A DNA stretch of 64,000 nucleotides from Longimicrobiales bacterium (GCA_965204735.1 OZ242008.1:1152001-1216000), one strand, 5' to 3'. Positions 18,092-29,430 are shown, numbered from the stretch's first letter. The notes: generated by a model from the letters alone, not told the origin. Numbers and translations: made by a program.

Positions 18092-18757
18092 ATGGGCCAG
18101 AAGACCCACCCCCACGGATTTCGCTTGGGCATCGTCGCCGACTGGCGCTCCCGATGGTACGCCGAACGGGAGTTTCCCCAGTTCATCAAGGAAGACGACA
18201 CCGTTCGCAGGTACCTCTTTCGGCGGCTTCACCACGCCGCGATCGCCGACGTCGAGATCGACCGCAAGCCGTCCAAGTTGGTGGTGACCGTGCACACGGC
18301 GAGGCCCGGCGTCGTCATCGGCAAGCGCGGCTCCGAGGTGGACAAGCTCCGCGACGAGCTGGCCGTGCTGGCCAAGAGCGACGTCTCGGTCAACGTGGAG
18401 GAGATCAAGCGGCCCGAGCTGAACGCCCGTCTGGTGGCGGAGAACGTGGCTCATCAGATCCGCCAGCGGATCTCCTTCAGGCGGGCGATGAAGCGCGCGG
18501 TCCAGTCGGCGATGCGGGCGGGCGCCGAGGGGATCCGAATCCAGTGCGCCGGGCGCCTGGGCGGCGCCGAGATCGCGCGAACCGAGGGCTACAACGAAGG
18601 AAGGGTGCCCCTGCACACGTTGCGGGCGGACATCGACTACGCCCACCTGGACGCCCGCACGACCTACGGCACCGTAGGGGTCAAGTGCTGGATATTCAAG
18701 GGCGAGGTGATCGAAGACCGTTTCGGCCGGACGTACTCGGCCGGACCCGGAAGCTGA
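18092..18757 (+). CDS. rpsC: 30S ribosomal protein S3
   Basis: [34 protein letters not shown]. Confidence 0.99.
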   Translation: MGQKTHPHGFRLGIVADWRSRWYAEREFPQFIKEDDTVRRYLFRRLHHAAIADVEIDRKPSKLVVTVHTARPGVVIGKRGSEVDKLRDELAVLAKSDVSVNVEEIKRPELNARLVAENVAHQIRQRISFRRAMKRAVQSAMRAGAEGIRIQCAGRLGGAEIARTEGYNEGRVPLHTLRADIDYAHLDARTTYGTVGVKCWIFKGEVIEDRFGRTYSAGPGS

Positions 18758-18776
18758 AGCGGGCAAGGAGCAAGCG

Positions 18777-19193
18777 ATGCTGTCGCCGAAGCGGGTCAAG
18801 CGCAGAAAGACCCACAAGGGCAAGATGCGGGGCAAGGCCTACCGGGGAGCCAAGGTCTCCTTCGGCGAGTACGGCCTCCAGTCCACCGAGGCCGGATGGA
18901 TCACCAACCGGCAGATCGAGTCGGCCCGGGTGGCGATCACGCGCCACGTGAAGAGGAGCGGCAAGGTGTGGATCCGCATCTTCCCCGACAAGCCCGTGAC
19001 GAAGAAGCCGGCGGAGACCCGCATGGGCAAGGGCAAGGGCAACCCCGAGCAGTGGGTCGCAGTGGTCAAGCCTGGGCGGATGATGTTCGAGCTGGAGGGC
19101 GTGCCGGCGGAGACTGCGCGCCGGGCCATGGAGCTGGCCTCCTTCAAGCTGCCCGTGAAGACCCGGTTCGTGGTCCGGGAATCCCAACTCTAG
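18777..19193 (+). CDS. rplP: 50S ribosomal protein L16
   Basis: [16 protein letters not shown]. Confidence 0.99.
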   Translation: MLSPKRVKRRKTHKGKMRGKAYRGAKVSFGEYGLQSTEAGWITNRQIESARVAITRHVKRSGKVWIRIFPDKPVTKKPAETRMGKGKGNPEQWVAVVKPGRMMFELEGVPAETARRAMELASFKLPVKTRFVVRESQL

Positions 19194-19214
19194 CGGCACG
19201 GATCGGAGCGACAC

Positions 19215-19433
19215 GTGAAGGCAGAAGACGTTCGAGAGCTGAGCGACGCCGAGCTGGGCCACCGGCTGGGCGAGCTGAAGCTGGAGCAGTTCCGCCTCCG
19301 CTTCCGCAGCGCCATCAGCGAGCTGGAGAACCCGCGGCTGCTGCGGACGATCAGGCGGGAGATCGCGCGGATCAAGACGATCCTCCGCGAGCGGCGGGAG
19401 ATCGGCGCCGAAGGGACGGACGAGCGACGATGA
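19215..19433 (+). CDS. rpmC: 50S ribosomal protein L29
   Basis: [18 protein letters not shown] start; gene order. Confidence 0.96.
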   Translation: MKAEDVRELSDAELGHRLGELKLEQFRLRFRSAISELENPRLLRTIRREIARIKTILRERREIGAEGTDERR

Positions 19434-19696
19434 GCGAACAGCCTGGGCGCAGGCGGCGCAAGGTTCGGACCGGAGTGGTGGTGGGCGACCGGGCCGACAA
19501 GACCGTCACCGTGCTGGTGGAGCGGCGCTTCGCGCACCCCCTCTACGGCAAGCAGCTCTCGCGCAGCCGCAGGTACCACGCGCACGACGAGGTGAACGAG
19601 TTCCGGACCGGGGACGTGGTGCGGATCATGGAGACGCGACCGCTGTCGAAGACCAAGCGGTGGCGTGTCGTGGAACTGATCGAAAGGCCCGCCTGA
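19430..19696 (+). CDS. rpsQ: 30S ribosomal protein S17
   Basis: [27 protein letters not shown] overlap with rpmC. Confidence 0.98.
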   Translation: MSEQPGRRRRKVRTGVVVGDRADKTVTVLVERRFAHPLYGKQLSRSRRYHAHDEVNEFRTGDVVRIMETRPLSKTKRWRVVELIERPA

Positions 19697-19699
19697 CCG

Positions 19700-20068
19700 A
19701 TGATCCAACAGGAATCGATGCTCAAGATCGCCGACAACACCGGCGCCAAGCGCGCGCTGTGCATCCGCGTCCTCGGCGGTTCCGGACGCCGGTACGCCCG
19801 GGTCGGCGACCGGGTCGTGGTCACGATCAAGGACGCCGTGCCGAACGCGACGGTGAAGAAGGGCGAGGTCACTGAAGCGGTGGTCGTCCGCACGGCCAAG
19901 GAGATGCGCCGGCGCGACGGCAGCTACATCCGCTTCGACGACAACGCGGCGGTGCTGATCAACGCCCAGAAGGAGCCCCGGGGCACCCGCATCTTCGGGC
20001 CGGTGGGCCGGGAGCTCCGGGAGAAGCGCTACATGAGGATCGTGTCTCTTGCACCAGAGGTGTTGTGA
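19700..20068 (+). CDS. rplN: 50S ribosomal protein L14
   Basis: [22 protein letters not shown]. Confidence 0.99.
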   Translation: MIQQESMLKIADNTGAKRALCIRVLGGSGRRYARVGDRVVVTIKDAVPNATVKKGEVTEAVVVRTAKEMRRRDGSYIRFDDNAAVLINAQKEPRGTRIFGPVGRELREKRYMRIVSLAPEVL

Positions 20069-20071
20069 GCG

Positions 20072-20419
20072 ATGGCGAGCAGAAAGATCAAGATCGTGAG
20101 GGGCGACCGGGTGAGGGTGATCCGCGGCAACCACCGGGAGGCGGAGGGCACGGTGCTCAGGGTCCTGCGGAAGTCGGAGCAGGTGGTGGTCCAGGGCGTC
20201 AACATGCGAAAGCGTCATACCCGTCCTTCCCAAGCCAATCCGGAAGGCGGGATCGTCACCTTCGAGGCGCCGATCCACGTGTCGAACGTGATGCTGGTGA
20301 CTCCCGGCGGCGGAGATGCGGGCCGCGTGCGGATGCGCTTGGAAGAGGGGGGATTGAAGGAGAGGATCTCCGTGCGGAGCGGCGACCCGATCCCCAAGCC
20401 CGACCGTTCCTCCACTTGA
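20072..20419 (+). CDS. rplX: 50S ribosomal protein L24
   Basis: KOW motif [18 protein letters not shown]. Confidence 0.98.
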   Translation: MASRKIKIVRGDRVRVIRGNHREAEGTVLRVLRKSEQVVVQGVNMRKRHTRPSQANPEGGIVTFEAPIHVSNVMLVTPGGGDAGRVRMRLEEGGLKERISVRSGDPIPKPDRSST

Positions 20420-20451
20420 GGTCGACAGGAAGCGAGAACCAGGAGACCGTC

Positions 20452-21024
20452 ATGGAACCACGTCTCTTCACCCACTACAAGAACGTCGCCCGGCCTGCGC
20501 TGATGGAGCAGTTCGGCTTCGCCAACCCCCACCAGATCCCCCGGGTCGACAAGGTCGTGGTCAACGTCGGCATGGGCGAAGGCAGCCGGGACCGCAAGTT
20601 GATCCAGTCGGTGACCGAGGAGCTGGCCATGATCACGGGACAGAAGGCGGTGGTCACCAAGGCCCGCAGGTCGATCTCGAACTTCCGGCTCCGCGAGGGC
20701 ATGCCGGTGGGGTCTTCGGTGACCTTGCGCCGACGACGGATGTGGGAGTTCCTCGACCGCTTCGTGACGATCGCGGTTCCCCGCATCCGCGACTTCCGGG
20801 GCATGAACACCCGCTCGTTCGACGGACGGGGCAACTACACCGTCGGGGTCAAGGAGCAGATCATCTTCCCCGAGGTGGACTACGACAAGGTGGCCCGCAT
20901 CCATGGACTGGACGTGTCCGTGGTGACGTCCACCTCCAAGGACGCGGAGGCCTACGCGCTGCTTCGCCAGCTGGGCTTCCCCTTCCGGGGCGAAGTGCCG
21001 GTGCTCGTCGGCGCGGCCGCCTGA
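20452..21024 (+). CDS. rplE: 50S ribosomal protein L5
   Basis: [31 protein letters not shown]. Confidence 0.99.
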   Translation: MEPRLFTHYKNVARPALMEQFGFANPHQIPRVDKVVVNVGMGEGSRDRKLIQSVTEELAMITGQKAVVTKARRSISNFRLREGMPVGSSVTLRRRRMWEFLDRFVTIAVPRIRDFRGMNTRSFDGRGNYTVGVKEQIIFPEVDYDKVARIHGLDVSVVTSTSKDAEAYALLRQLGFPFRGEVPVLVGAAA

Positions 21025-21044
21025 CGCAAGGGAGTCGACGGACC

Positions 21045-21437
21045 ATGATGACCGATCCAATCGCCGACATGCTCACGCGGATTCGGAACGCCGCCTCCGC
21101 AGGACACCGGTGGGCCGACGTGCCGCTGTCGAAGCTCAAGGTGGAGATCGCCCGGCTGCTCAAGGAAAACGCCTTCGTCCACGACTACAAGGTGCTCAAC
21201 GACGGGCGCCACGGGCTCCTGCGGGTGTACCTGAAGTACTACGACGGCCGGCCCGTCATCCGGCGCATCGCCCGCGTGTCCAAGCCGGGGCACCGCCGGT
21301 ACGTGGGTGCCGAGGACGTGCCGCGGGTCCGCAACGGGCTCGGCGTCGCGATCCTTTCCACGTCTCGCGGCCTGATGTCGGACAGCGCGGCGCGGGCGGC
21401 CCGCGTGGGCGGCGAAGTCCTCGCGGAAGTCTGGTAG
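21045..21437 (+). CDS. rpsH: 30S ribosomal protein S8
   Basis: DPIADMLTRIRNA, GGEVL; starts 20 nt after rplE. Confidence 0.99.
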   Translation: MMTDPIADMLTRIRNAASAGHRWADVPLSKLKVEIARLLKENAFVHDYKVLNDGRHGLLRVYLKYYDGRPVIRRIARVSKPGHRRYVGAEDVPRVRNGLGVAILSTSRGLMSDSAARAARVGGEVLAEVW

Positions 21438-21449
21438 GGAGAGGGCCTC

Positions 21450-21998
21450 ATGTCGCGGATCGGAAGAAAGCCCGTGGACGTGCCGCCGGGGGTGGCCGTG
21501 ACCTTGGACGGCGCCCGGGTGTCGGCAGAGGGTCCGAAGGGCCGGCTGGAGATGCTGGTCCGATCGCCGATCGCGGTGGGCTGGCAGGGCGACGACGGCA
21601 AGACGCTCTTGGTGACGCGGCCTTCGGACCAGAAGGAGCACAAGGCCCTTCACGGCCTGACCCGCTCCTTGGTCGCCAACATCGTGAAGGGCGTCGCCGA
21701 GGGCTTCAGCAAGACCCTGGAGATCGTCGGGGTCGGCTACCGCGTGGAAGAGAAGGGCAAGGGGCTGCTGCTTCGGCTCGGGTTCTCCCACGAGATCGAC
21801 TATCCGGCGCCGGAGGGGATCACCTTCGAGGTGCCCAACCAGACCACGATCGTCGTCAAGGGGCCCGACAAGCAGCAGGTCGGCCACGTCGCCGCGGTGA
21901 TCCGCTCCTTCCGCCCGCCGGAGCCCTACAAGGGCAAGGGCGTGCGGTACCAGGGGGAACAAGTCCGGCGGAAGGCCGGAAAGACGGCGGGCAAGTAG
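21450..21998 (+). CDS. rplF: 50S ribosomal protein L6
   Basis: [21 protein letters not shown]. Confidence 0.99.
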   Translation: MSRIGRKPVDVPPGVAVTLDGARVSAEGPKGRLEMLVRSPIAVGWQGDDGKTLLVTRPSDQKEHKALHGLTRSLVANIVKGVAEGFSKTLEIVGVGYRVEEKGKGLLLRLGFSHEIDYPAPEGITFEVPNQTTIVVKGPDKQQVGHVAAVIRSFRPPEPYKGKGVRYQGEQVRRKAGKTAGK

Positions 21999-22032
21999 CC
22001 GTGCACCAGCAGACGAAGAGGAGGATCTCCTG

Positions 22033-22419
22033 ATGAGGAAGTCGGGCAAGGTGGCGAAGAGCCGCCGGCTCCGTCGGAAGCGGTGCCACGCGCGCATCCG
22101 CAAGAAGGTGCATGGCACCGGCGACCGGCCCCGGCTGGTGGTGCATCGGTCGCTGCGGAACGTGGAGGGCCAAGTGGTGGACGACGACGCCGGGCGAACG
22201 ATGGTCGGGCTCTCCACCCTCTCGCCCGCGCTCCGCGAGGCCGGCGCCGACGAGAAGGGCGGCAAGGTCGGCGCCGCGCGGGCGGCGGGCAAGATGCTGG
22301 CCGAGCAGGCCCGGAGCCGCGGCGTCGGCCGGGTCGTCTTCGACCGGGGAGGCTTCCGCTATCACGGCCGGGTCAAGGCGTTCGCCGAAGGCGCGCGCGA
22401 AGGAGGACTGGAGTTCTGA
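22033..22419 (+). CDS. rplR: 50S ribosomal protein L18
   Basis: [22 protein letters not shown]. Confidence 0.99.
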   Translation: MRKSGKVAKSRRLRRKRCHARIRKKVHGTGDRPRLVVHRSLRNVEGQVVDDDAGRTMVGLSTLSPALREAGADEKGGKVGAARAAGKMLAEQARSRGVGRVVFDRGGFRYHGRVKAFAEGAREGGLEF

Positions 22420-22940
22420 TGGCAAGGGAGAAGAAGCACTCCCGAGAGGGGTCCGAGCAGGTCGAGAACGTGATCCACATCAACCGGGTGGCGAAGGTCG
22501 TGAAGGGGGGAAGGCGGTTCTCCTTCACCGCCCTGGTCTCCGTCGGCGACCAGGCGGGCCGGGTGGGAATCGCCCACGCCAAGGCCAACGAGGTGGCCGA
22601 GGCGATCCGCAAGGCGTTCGAGCGCGCCCGCCGAAACATCATGGAAGTGCCGCTCGTCAACGGAACCATTCCCCACGAGATCGTGGGACGCTGGGGAGCA
22701 GGCCGCGTTCTCCTCCGGCCCGCAGCTCCGGGAACGGGTGTGATCGCCGGCGGTCCGGTGAGGGCGGTCCTCGAGGCCGCGGGAGTCTCGGACGTGCTGA
22801 CCAAGAGCCTGGGGACCAACAACCCCATCAACGTGGTGCGCGCCACGGTCGACGCCCTCGAGAACTTGGTCACCGCCTACGAGGTGGCGACCGAGCGGGG
22901 CGTCACCCTGGAACAGCTGGGAGTGCAGGCCGATGGGTGA
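22419..22940 (+). CDS. rpsE: 30S ribosomal protein S5
   Basis: [23 protein letters not shown]. Confidence 0.99.
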   Translation: MAREKKHSREGSEQVENVIHINRVAKVVKGGRRFSFTALVSVGDQAGRVGIAHAKANEVAEAIRKAFERARRNIMEVPLVNGTIPHEIVGRWGAGRVLLRPAAPGTGVIAGGPVRAVLEAAGVSDVLTKSLGTNNPINVVRATVDALENLVTAYEVATERGVTLEQLGVQADG

Positions 22941-23118
22941 CAAGCTGCGGATCACCCAGGTCCGAAGCGGCGTGGGGCGGCAGAAGGTGCAGCGGCGCAC
23001 CCTGGCCGCCCTGGGCATCAAGCGGCATCAGCAGAGCGTTGTCCACGACGACACGCCGGCGGTCCGCGGCATGATCGCCAAGGTGGACTACCTCGTCGAG
23101 GTCGAGGAGGTGGATTGA
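22933..23118 (+). CDS. rpmD: 50S ribosomal protein L30
   Basis: [16 protein letters not shown]; gene order. Confidence 0.96.
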   Translation: MGDKLRITQVRSGVGRQKVQRRTLAALGIKRHQQSVVHDDTPAVRGMIAKVDYLVEVEEVD

Positions 23119-23121
23119 CCC

Positions 23122-23601
23122 ATGATCGAACTGCACACCCTTCGTTCCCCCGGCCGGGGCCGGTCGCGCAAGCGGGTTGGCCGGGGTCCCGGATCCGGCA
23201 AGGGCAAGACCTCGGGCCGCGGCGAGAAGGGCCAGAACTCCCGCTCCGGCGGCGGAGTTCCCGCTTGGTTCGAGGGCGGCCAGATGCCGCTTCAGCGACG
23301 AATCCCGAAGCGGGGCTTCAAGAATCGAAACCGAAGGGAGTTCCAGGTCGTCAACGTCGGCGACTTGGGCAGGGTGGTCGGCGCGGCCACGCCCGAAGCG
23401 CTGCGGGCCGCCGGACTGGTTCGCTCGCTGCGAGTTCCGGTAAAGCTGCTCGGCGGCGGCGAGGTCGAGGCCGCCGTCGAGTGCTCGGTGCACGCGGCGA
23501 GCGCCTCGGCCCGTCGCAAGATCGAGGCCGCGGGCGGTTCCGTGACGATCCTGGGGACCGACGGCGACGCATCGGCGCGCCACGGCGGAGACGACGACTA
23601 A
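23122..23601 (+). CDS. rplO: 50S ribosomal protein L15
   Basis: GRGPGSGKGKTSGRG, FEGGQMPL. Confidence 0.99.
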   Translation: MIELHTLRSPGRGRSRKRVGRGPGSGKGKTSGRGEKGQNSRSGGGVPAWFEGGQMPLQRRIPKRGFKNRNRREFQVVNVGDLGRVVGAATPEALRAAGLVRSLRVPVKLLGGGEVEAAVECSVHAASASARRKIEAAGGSVTILGTDGDASARHGGDDD

Positions 23602-23637
23602 CGGGGCGCGGCGCCCCGACGAAAGACCAGCCCGACC

Positions 23638-24951
23638 ATGGCGAACCCGATCCCGAACCTCTTTCGCGCTCCGGAGCTGAAGAAGAAGATCCTCTTCACG
23701 CTCTTCATCATGCTCGTGTACCGGGTCGGGTCCCACATCACCGTTCCGGGCGTCAACTTCGCCGCGCTCCAGCAGCAGTTCGGCCAGCTGGCCCAGACCG
23801 CGCTGGGCGTGTACGACATGTTCGTGGGAGGCGGACTCAGCCGGGCGACGATCCTGGCCCTGGGGATCATGCCGTACATCTCGGCGAGCATCATGTTCCA
23901 GCTCCTCGCCGCGGTCTTCCCGACCGTCGAGAAGCTTCAGAAGGAGGGCGAAGAGGGGCGCAAGAAGCTCACTCAGTGGACCCGCTACACCACGGTTCTG
24001 CTCTGCGTCGTGCAGGCGTACGCCTACGCGTCGTTCCTGCAGGGGCTGGGGGGCGTCGTGCGGGATCCCGGGATGGGGTTCGTCTTCTCCACCGTGATCG
24101 TGCTCACCGTGGGCGGCGTCTTCGTGATGTGGCTGGGAGAGCAGATCACCGAGCGGGGCGTGGGCAACGGCATGTCCCTGATGATCTTCTTCTCCATCAT
24201 CCAGGGCTTCCCCCAGGCGATCGCCCGGACGATCGAGGCCGCGAGACTGGGCGAGATCGACGCGGTCAAGGTCGTCCTTCTCCTGCTGGTGGTCGTAGGG
24301 ATCACCGCAGGGGTGGTGGCGATGACGATGTCGTCCCGCAAGATTCCCGTTCAGATCCCCCGCAAGGTGGTGGGACGAGGACGGATCCAGGAAGGCCAGA
24401 AGAGCTTCATTCCCCTCCGGATCAACTCGGCCGGGGTCATGCCCATCATCTTCGCCCAGTCGTTCATCGTGGTGCCGGGGACGATCGCCGCGTTCAGCTC
24501 GGTGCAGTTCATCCAGGACGTCGCGCTGGTCTTTCAGCCCGGCAACTGGGCCTACTACCTCACCTACGCGGTCCTGATCGTCTTCTTCACCTACTTCTAC
24601 ACGGCGATCATCTTCAACCCGGTGGACCTGGCCGAGAACTTGAAGAAGCAAGGCGCCTTCGTTCCCGGCGTGAAGCCGGGGGCTCGGACCGCCGAATACA
24701 TCGACCGGATCCTGACTCGAGTCACGTTGCCCGGCTCCATGTACTTGGCCCTCATCGCCCTCGTCCCCTACTGGATCTTCGACGCGTTCGGCATCCAGAC
24801 GTTCTTCTTCGGAGGCACGAGCCTTCTGATCGTCGTCGGCGTGGGGCTGGACACGGTGCAGCAGGCGCAGCAGCACCTCCTCCTCCGCCATTACGACGGC
24901 TTCATGAAGAAGGGCCGCGTGAAGATGCGGGGCCGCCAGCGCTACATGTAG
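23638..24951 (+). CDS. secY: preprotein translocase SecY
   Basis: ALGIMPYISASI, GVGNGMSL, GVMPIIFA, GGTSLLI. Confidence 0.99.
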   Translation: MANPIPNLFRAPELKKKILFTLFIMLVYRVGSHITVPGVNFAALQQQFGQLAQTALGVYDMFVGGGLSRATILALGIMPYISASIMFQLLAAVFPTVEKLQKEGEEGRKKLTQWTRYTTVLLCVVQAYAYASFLQGLGGVVRDPGMGFVFSTVIVLTVGGVFVMWLGEQITERGVGNGMSLMIFFSIIQGFPQAIARTIEAARLGEIDAVKVVLLLLVVVGITAGVVAMTMSSRKIPVQIPRKVVGRGRIQEGQKSFIPLRINSAGVMPIIFAQSFIVVPGTIAAFSSVQFIQDVALVFQPGNWAYYLTYAVLIVFFTYFYTAIIFNPVDLAENLKKQGAFVPGVKPGARTAEYIDRILTRVTLPGSMYLALIALVPYWIFDAFGIQTFFFGGTSLLIVVGVGLDTVQQAQQHLLLRHYDGFMKKGRVKMRGRQRYM

Positions 24952-24973
24952 GCGGAAGGACGCGAGCACAGGA

Positions 24974-25651
24974 ATGGAGGGCGCCCCGACGCCGGGCAAG
25001 GTCGTCGTGCTGCTGGGACCGCCCGGCGCAGGCAAGGGAACCCAGGGAGTGCGCCTGGCCCGGAGCCGGGGCTGGGCCCATCTCTCGACGGGCGACCTGC
25101 TCCGGGCTGCTCGCGACGCGGGCAGCGAACTCGGCCGCCGGGCCCAGGAGTACATGGGACGGGGCGAGCTGGTGCCCGACGACGTGATCGTGGGACTCGT
25201 CAGGGAGCGCTTGGAGACCACCCCTCGAGACGAGGGCGTGGTCTTCGACGGCTTCCCCCGCACGGTCGGCCAAGCGGAGGCGCTCGACGGCGCGCTGGCC
25301 GACCGAGGGCGGCGGGTGGACCGGGTCGTGCTGCTGGAGGCCGGCGAGGAGCTCCTGGTCAAGCGCATCGCGGGGCGGCGGTCGTCCCCCAACGGGCGCG
25401 TCTACAACGTCCACTTCGATCCGCCCAAGCGGGACGGGATCTGCGACGAGACGGGCGACCCGCTGATCCACCGGGCGGACGACCAGCCCGAGACGGTGCG
25501 TTCCCGCCTCGCCGTCTACTGGGAAGCCACCGCGCCGTTGGCCGATTTCTATCAGCGCAGAGGAGCGCTCGTCCGGGTGAACGGCGAGGGCGAGATCGAC
25601 GCGATCCAGGAGGCGGTCCGGATGGTCGTGCCTGAGCAGGCGCAGCCGTGA
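24974..25651 (+). CDS. adk: adenylate kinase
   Basis: GPPGAGKGTQ, STGDLLR, DGFPRT, RADD. Confidence 0.98.
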   Translation: MEGAPTPGKVVVLLGPPGAGKGTQGVRLARSRGWAHLSTGDLLRAARDAGSELGRRAQEYMGRGELVPDDVIVGLVRERLETTPRDEGVVFDGFPRTVGQAEALDGALADRGRRVDRVVLLEAGEELLVKRIAGRRSSPNGRVYNVHFDPPKRDGICDETGDPLIHRADDQPETVRSRLAVYWEATAPLADFYQRRGALVRVNGEGEIDAIQEAVRMVVPEQAQP

Positions 25652-26472
25652 TTCAACTGAAGTCCCGCGCCGAGATCGAAGCGATCGCCCGCAGCGGCGA
25701 GGTCGTCGGTGCGCTCTTCGGCGAGATCGCCGGAAGGGTGGAACCCGGAGTCGCCACGGCCGCCCTCGACAGCTTCGTGGGAGAGTTCGTCCACTCGCAC
25801 GACGGGGCCGTTCCCGCCTTCAAGGGGCTGTACGGCTTCCCGGGAAACGCGTGCATCAGCATCAACGAAGAGGTGGTGCACGGAATCCCCTCGCAACGCC
25901 GGCTCCGGGAGGGGGACATCGTGTCCGTCGACGTGGGCGTCCGGCGCGACGGCTGGTGCGCCGACTCGGCGTACACCTTTGCCGTGGGAGAGGTGGGGCC
26001 GGAGGCGTCGCGCCTTCTGCGGACGACCCGGGACGCGCTGCGCGCCTCGGTCGCCGCGGCCCGGCCCAAGAACCGGGTCGGCGACATCGGGGCAGCGGTG
26101 GTGCGCGCGGTCCGGGGCACCGGGTTCGGAATCGTGCGCGACTTGGTGGGACACGGCATCGGCCGGGAGATCCACGAAGAGCCCCAGGTCGCAAACGTGG
26201 GACGCCCAGGTCAGGGAGCGCCGCTGGCCGCGGGCATGGTGCTGGCGATCGAGCCGATGCTGTCGGCAGGCAGCGAGCGGATCAGGACCCTGGCCGACAA
26301 GTGGACCGTCGCCACCTTCGACGGAGCGCTCTCCGCCCACTTCGAGCACACCGTGGCCGTGACTCGGGAGGGCCCCGTGGTGCTGACCGCCGGGGGCATA
26401 TGGAGTGCGGTCGACGGGTCGGCGAACGGCGTCGCCGAGGAGAGCCTCGCCGCCCCTGCCGCTTCTTCCTAG
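25648..26472 (+). CDS. map: methionine aminopeptidase type I
   Basis: [34 protein letters not shown]. Confidence 0.98.
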   Translation: MIQLKSRAEIEAIARSGEVVGALFGEIAGRVEPGVATAALDSFVGEFVHSHDGAVPAFKGLYGFPGNACISINEEVVHGIPSQRRLREGDIVSVDVGVRRDGWCADSAYTFAVGEVGPEASRLLRTTRDALRASVAAARPKNRVGDIGAAVVRAVRGTGFGIVRDLVGHGIGREIHEEPQVANVGRPGQGAPLAAGMVLAIEPMLSAGSERIRTLADKWTVATFDGALSAHFEHTVAVTREGPVVLTAGGIWSAVDGSANGVAEESLAAPAASS

Positions 26473-26590
26473 ACCGCGTGATGCTTGCGCGCGCGTGCGG
26501 GATGGGCTTGGGGCCTCGTCGCCCCTACCGCTCCGTTCCAGGCCGCGCTATCTTCCAAAGCTGTGCCGCCAACCAGCGAGGAGCTTGGCC

Positions 26591-26707
26591 GTGAAGGTCC
26601 GAACCAGCGTGAAGCCCATGTGCGAGTACTGCCGCGTCGTGCGCCGGAAGGGCGTCGTGCGGATCATCTGCAGCCGGAACCCGCGCCACAAGCAGCGCCA
26701 GGGCTGA
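26591..26707 (+). CDS. rpmJ: 50S ribosomal protein L36 (Zn-ribbon form)
   Basis: GTG start after [26 protein letters not shown]. Confidence 0.97.
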   Translation: MKVRTSVKPMCEYCRVVRRKGVVRIICSRNPRHKQRQG

Positions 26708-26724
26708 CGAGAGGACGATAGAGG

Positions 26725-27105
26725 ATGGCACGGATCGCGGGCGTGGACCTTCCGCGGGGCAAGCGGATCGAGGTGGCCCTGACGTACCTGCACGGCATCG
26801 GCCGGACCCGGGCGCGGCAGATACTGGACGCCACGGGGATCAACCCGGACCTTCGCACTCACGAGCTGAGCGACGGGGACGCCAGCCGGCTTCGCCGCGA
26901 GATCGAGCAGAACCACAAGGTGGAGGGCGCACTCCGGACCGAGGTCTCCATGAACATCAAGCGCCTCATGGACATCGGCTGCTATCGGGGCCTCCGACAC
27001 CGGAGGGGATTGCCCGTGCGGGGTCAGCGGACCCACACCAACGCTCGGACCAAGAAGGGCCCCCGCCGAGCCATCGCGGGGAAGAAGAAGGCTCCCAAGA
27101 AGTAG
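26725..27105 (+). CDS. rpsM: 30S ribosomal protein S13
   Basis: [24 protein letters not shown]. Confidence 0.99.
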   Translation: MARIAGVDLPRGKRIEVALTYLHGIGRTRARQILDATGINPDLRTHELSDGDASRLRREIEQNHKVEGALRTEVSMNIKRLMDIGCYRGLRHRRGLPVRGQRTHTNARTKKGPRRAIAGKKKAPKK

Positions 27106-27172
27106 CGGCGAGCTCTGCAGCAACACGCGAACCCGCGCGGCGTCCGCCGCCCGCACTCGAGGAAGGTGCCGC

Positions 27173-27565
27173 TTGGCCAAGCCCAAGACCGCTAGGACGA
27201 AGAAGGTCAAGAAGAACGTGGAGGCGGAAGCCGTCGCCCACATCAAGGCGACCTTCAACAACACCCTCGTCACGATCGCCGACGGCGCCGGCAACGTGCT
27301 GGTGTGGGCGTCGGCCGGGACGGCCGGCTTCCGGGGGTCGAAGAAGTCCACGCCCTTCGCCGCCACGATGGCCGCCGAGAAGGCCGGACGCGAGGCGATG
27401 GCCATGGGGGTGCGGCGGCTCGTCGTGAGGGTGCGGGGACCGGGTTCGGGAAGGGAGTCCGCGATCCAGGCGCTGGCCGCCGCCGGGCTCCACATCAAGT
27501 CGATCCACGACGTGACGCCCCTGCCCCACAACGGGTGCCGTCCGCCGAAGAAGCGTCGCGTCTAG
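27173..27565 (+). CDS. rpsK: 30S ribosomal protein S11
   Basis: [24 protein letters not shown] start. Confidence 0.99.
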   Translation: MAKPKTARTKKVKKNVEAEAVAHIKATFNNTLVTIADGAGNVLVWASAGTAGFRGSKKSTPFAATMAAEKAGREAMAMGVRRLVVRVRGPGSGRESAIQALAAAGLHIKSIHDVTPLPHNGCRPPKKRRV

Positions 27566-27597
27566 GGCGCTGCGCCAACGCAAGAGAGAGCCAGCCA

Positions 27598-28233
27598 ATG
27601 GCACGATACACGGGTCCGGTCTGCAAGCGCTGCCGCCGCGAAGGACAGAAGCTCTTCCTCAAGGGAGGGAAGTGCTACACCGAGAAGTGTCCGGTGGAGC
27701 GGCGCCAGTACCCGCCTGGGCAGCACGGCCCGGCGGCGGCCAGGCGGCGCAAGCACTCCGACTACTCGGTTCAGCTGCGGGAGAAGCAGAAGGTCAAGCG
27801 CGTCTACGGCCTCCACGAGAAGCAGTTCCGCAACCTCTTCGAATACGCCGCCGGCAGGCCGGGCGTGACGGGCGACAACTTGGTGGTCGCGCTGGAGAGG
27901 CGGCTGGACAACGTGGTGTACCGGCTCGGCTTGGCCGGCAGCAGGCGGCAGGCGCGTCAGCTGGTTCGCCACCGCCACGTGAAGGTCAACGGCCGGATCG
28001 TGGACGTTCCCAGCTGCAGGCTCTCCGAGGGAGACGAGGTGGCGGTGCGGGAGCGGTCCAGGGAGCTGGAGCTGGTGGCCGTCAGCTTGGGGGCACGCAC
28101 CCGTCCGCCGCTGGCGGAGTGGCTCTCCCTGGACGAGAAGAAGAAGGTGGGCAGGGTTGTTCGGCAACCGGCGAGGAGCGACGTCCCGCTGGCGGCGCAG
28201 GAACAGCTGATCGTCGAACTCTACTCCAAGTGA
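27598..28233 (+). CDS. rpsD: 30S ribosomal protein S4 (Zn-binding form)
   Basis: MARYTGPVCKRCRREG, LREKQK, LERRLDNVV, IVELYSK. Confidence 0.99.
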   Translation: MARYTGPVCKRCRREGQKLFLKGGKCYTEKCPVERRQYPPGQHGPAAARRRKHSDYSVQLREKQKVKRVYGLHEKQFRNLFEYAAGRPGVTGDNLVVALERRLDNVVYRLGLAGSRRQARQLVRHRHVKVNGRIVDVPSCRLSEGDEVAVRERSRELELVAVSLGARTRPPLAEWLSLDEKKKVGRVVRQPARSDVPLAAQEQLIVELYSK

Positions 28234-28251
28234 CCGGGCTGGAGGACTAGC

Positions 28252-29418
28252 GTGGACATCGACCTGACAGGCCTCGTGCTTCCGGAGCGCATCGAGATCG
28301 CCGACGCCTCCGACGACGGAAGATCCGCCGAATTCGTCATGGAGCCCCTCGAGCGGGGCTTCGGCCACACGTTGGGGAACTCGGTGCGCCGGGTCCTCCT
28401 CTCGTCGCTCCGGGGAGCGGCGGTGTGGGCTTTTCGGATGGACGGCGTTCAGCACGAGCACCAGACGATCCCGTCCGTGGTGGAAGACGTGCACCAAGTG
28501 ATCCAGAACTTCAAGTCGCTGGTGGTGAAGCTGGACCCCTACCTGGACGAGACGAAGCTCAAGGTGTCGGCCAAGAAGGCGGGACCGGTGACGGCGGCGG
28601 ACATCCGCAAGTCGGGCGACGTCGACGTCCTCGATCCCGATCACCACCTCTTGACTCTGCAGGAATCCACCGACTTCAGCGCGGAGCTGTGGGTCAACAA
28701 GGGACGGGGCTTCGTGCTCGCGGAACAGCACCCGTTGCCGCCGAAGGCGACGGTGGACTTGGTTCGCATCGACGCGATCTACAACCCGGTGCGACGCGCC
28801 AACTTCACAGTTCAGGAGACGAGAGTCGGCCAGCGCACCGACTTCGACCGGCTGACGGTGAGGGTGGAAACCGACGGTTCGGTGGATCCGGAAAGGGCGA
28901 TTCGGTACGCGGCCGAACTGGTTCGGCGACACCTGGAGTACATGTTCTACTTCAGGGAAGGCGGCCCTCCGGTGGTCAAGAAGCCCGAGCCGGTGCTGAT
29001 TCCCCAGCAGATGGCGCAGCGCTTGGAGACGCAGGTGAACGACCTCGCCGAGCTCAGTACGCGCTCCCGCAACTCCCTCACCAAGAAGGGCATCCTCACG
29101 CTGCAGCAGCTGGTGAGCCACAGCGAGAGCGAGATGCTGGACATCGACAACTTCGGGCGCAGGTCCCTGGACGAGATCGTCGAGTTCTTGCGGGACCAGG
29201 GCCTCCGCTTCGGGATGAAGATCGAAAGGCTGGACGACGGCAGGCTCTACTTCGGTGCCGGCGAGACCGCCGGGACGGCTCGAGCCGACGACCCTGGGCA
29301 CGCCGCCGAAACCGGCGCAGTCGAGGAGAGCGCCGAGGCCGAAGCCCCGGAGAGCGCCGAGGCCGACGAAGCCGGCGCTGTCGCGTCCGAGGGCGCGAAA
29401 GCGTCCAAGTCCAAGTAG
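28252..29418 (+). CDS. rpoA: RNA polymerase alpha subunit with acidic C-terminal extension
   Basis: PLERGFGHTLGNS, TRVGQRTDFD, NFGRRSL; GTG start after GGAGG. Confidence 0.99.
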   Translation: MDIDLTGLVLPERIEIADASDDGRSAEFVMEPLERGFGHTLGNSVRRVLLSSLRGAAVWAFRMDGVQHEHQTIPSVVEDVHQVIQNFKSLVVKLDPYLDETKLKVSAKKAGPVTAADIRKSGDVDVLDPDHHLLTLQESTDFSAELWVNKGRGFVLAEQHPLPPKATVDLVRIDAIYNPVRRANFTVQETRVGQRTDFDRLTVRVETDGSVDPERAIRYAAELVRRHLEYMFYFREGGPPVVKKPEPVLIPQQMAQRLETQVNDLAELSTRSRNSLTKKGILTLQQLVSHSESEMLDIDNFGRRSLDEIVEFLRDQGLRFGMKIERLDDGRLYFGAGETAGTARADDPGHAAETGAVEESAEAEAPESAEADEAGAVASEGAKASKSK

Positions 29419-29430
29419 GAGGCGAGAAGG

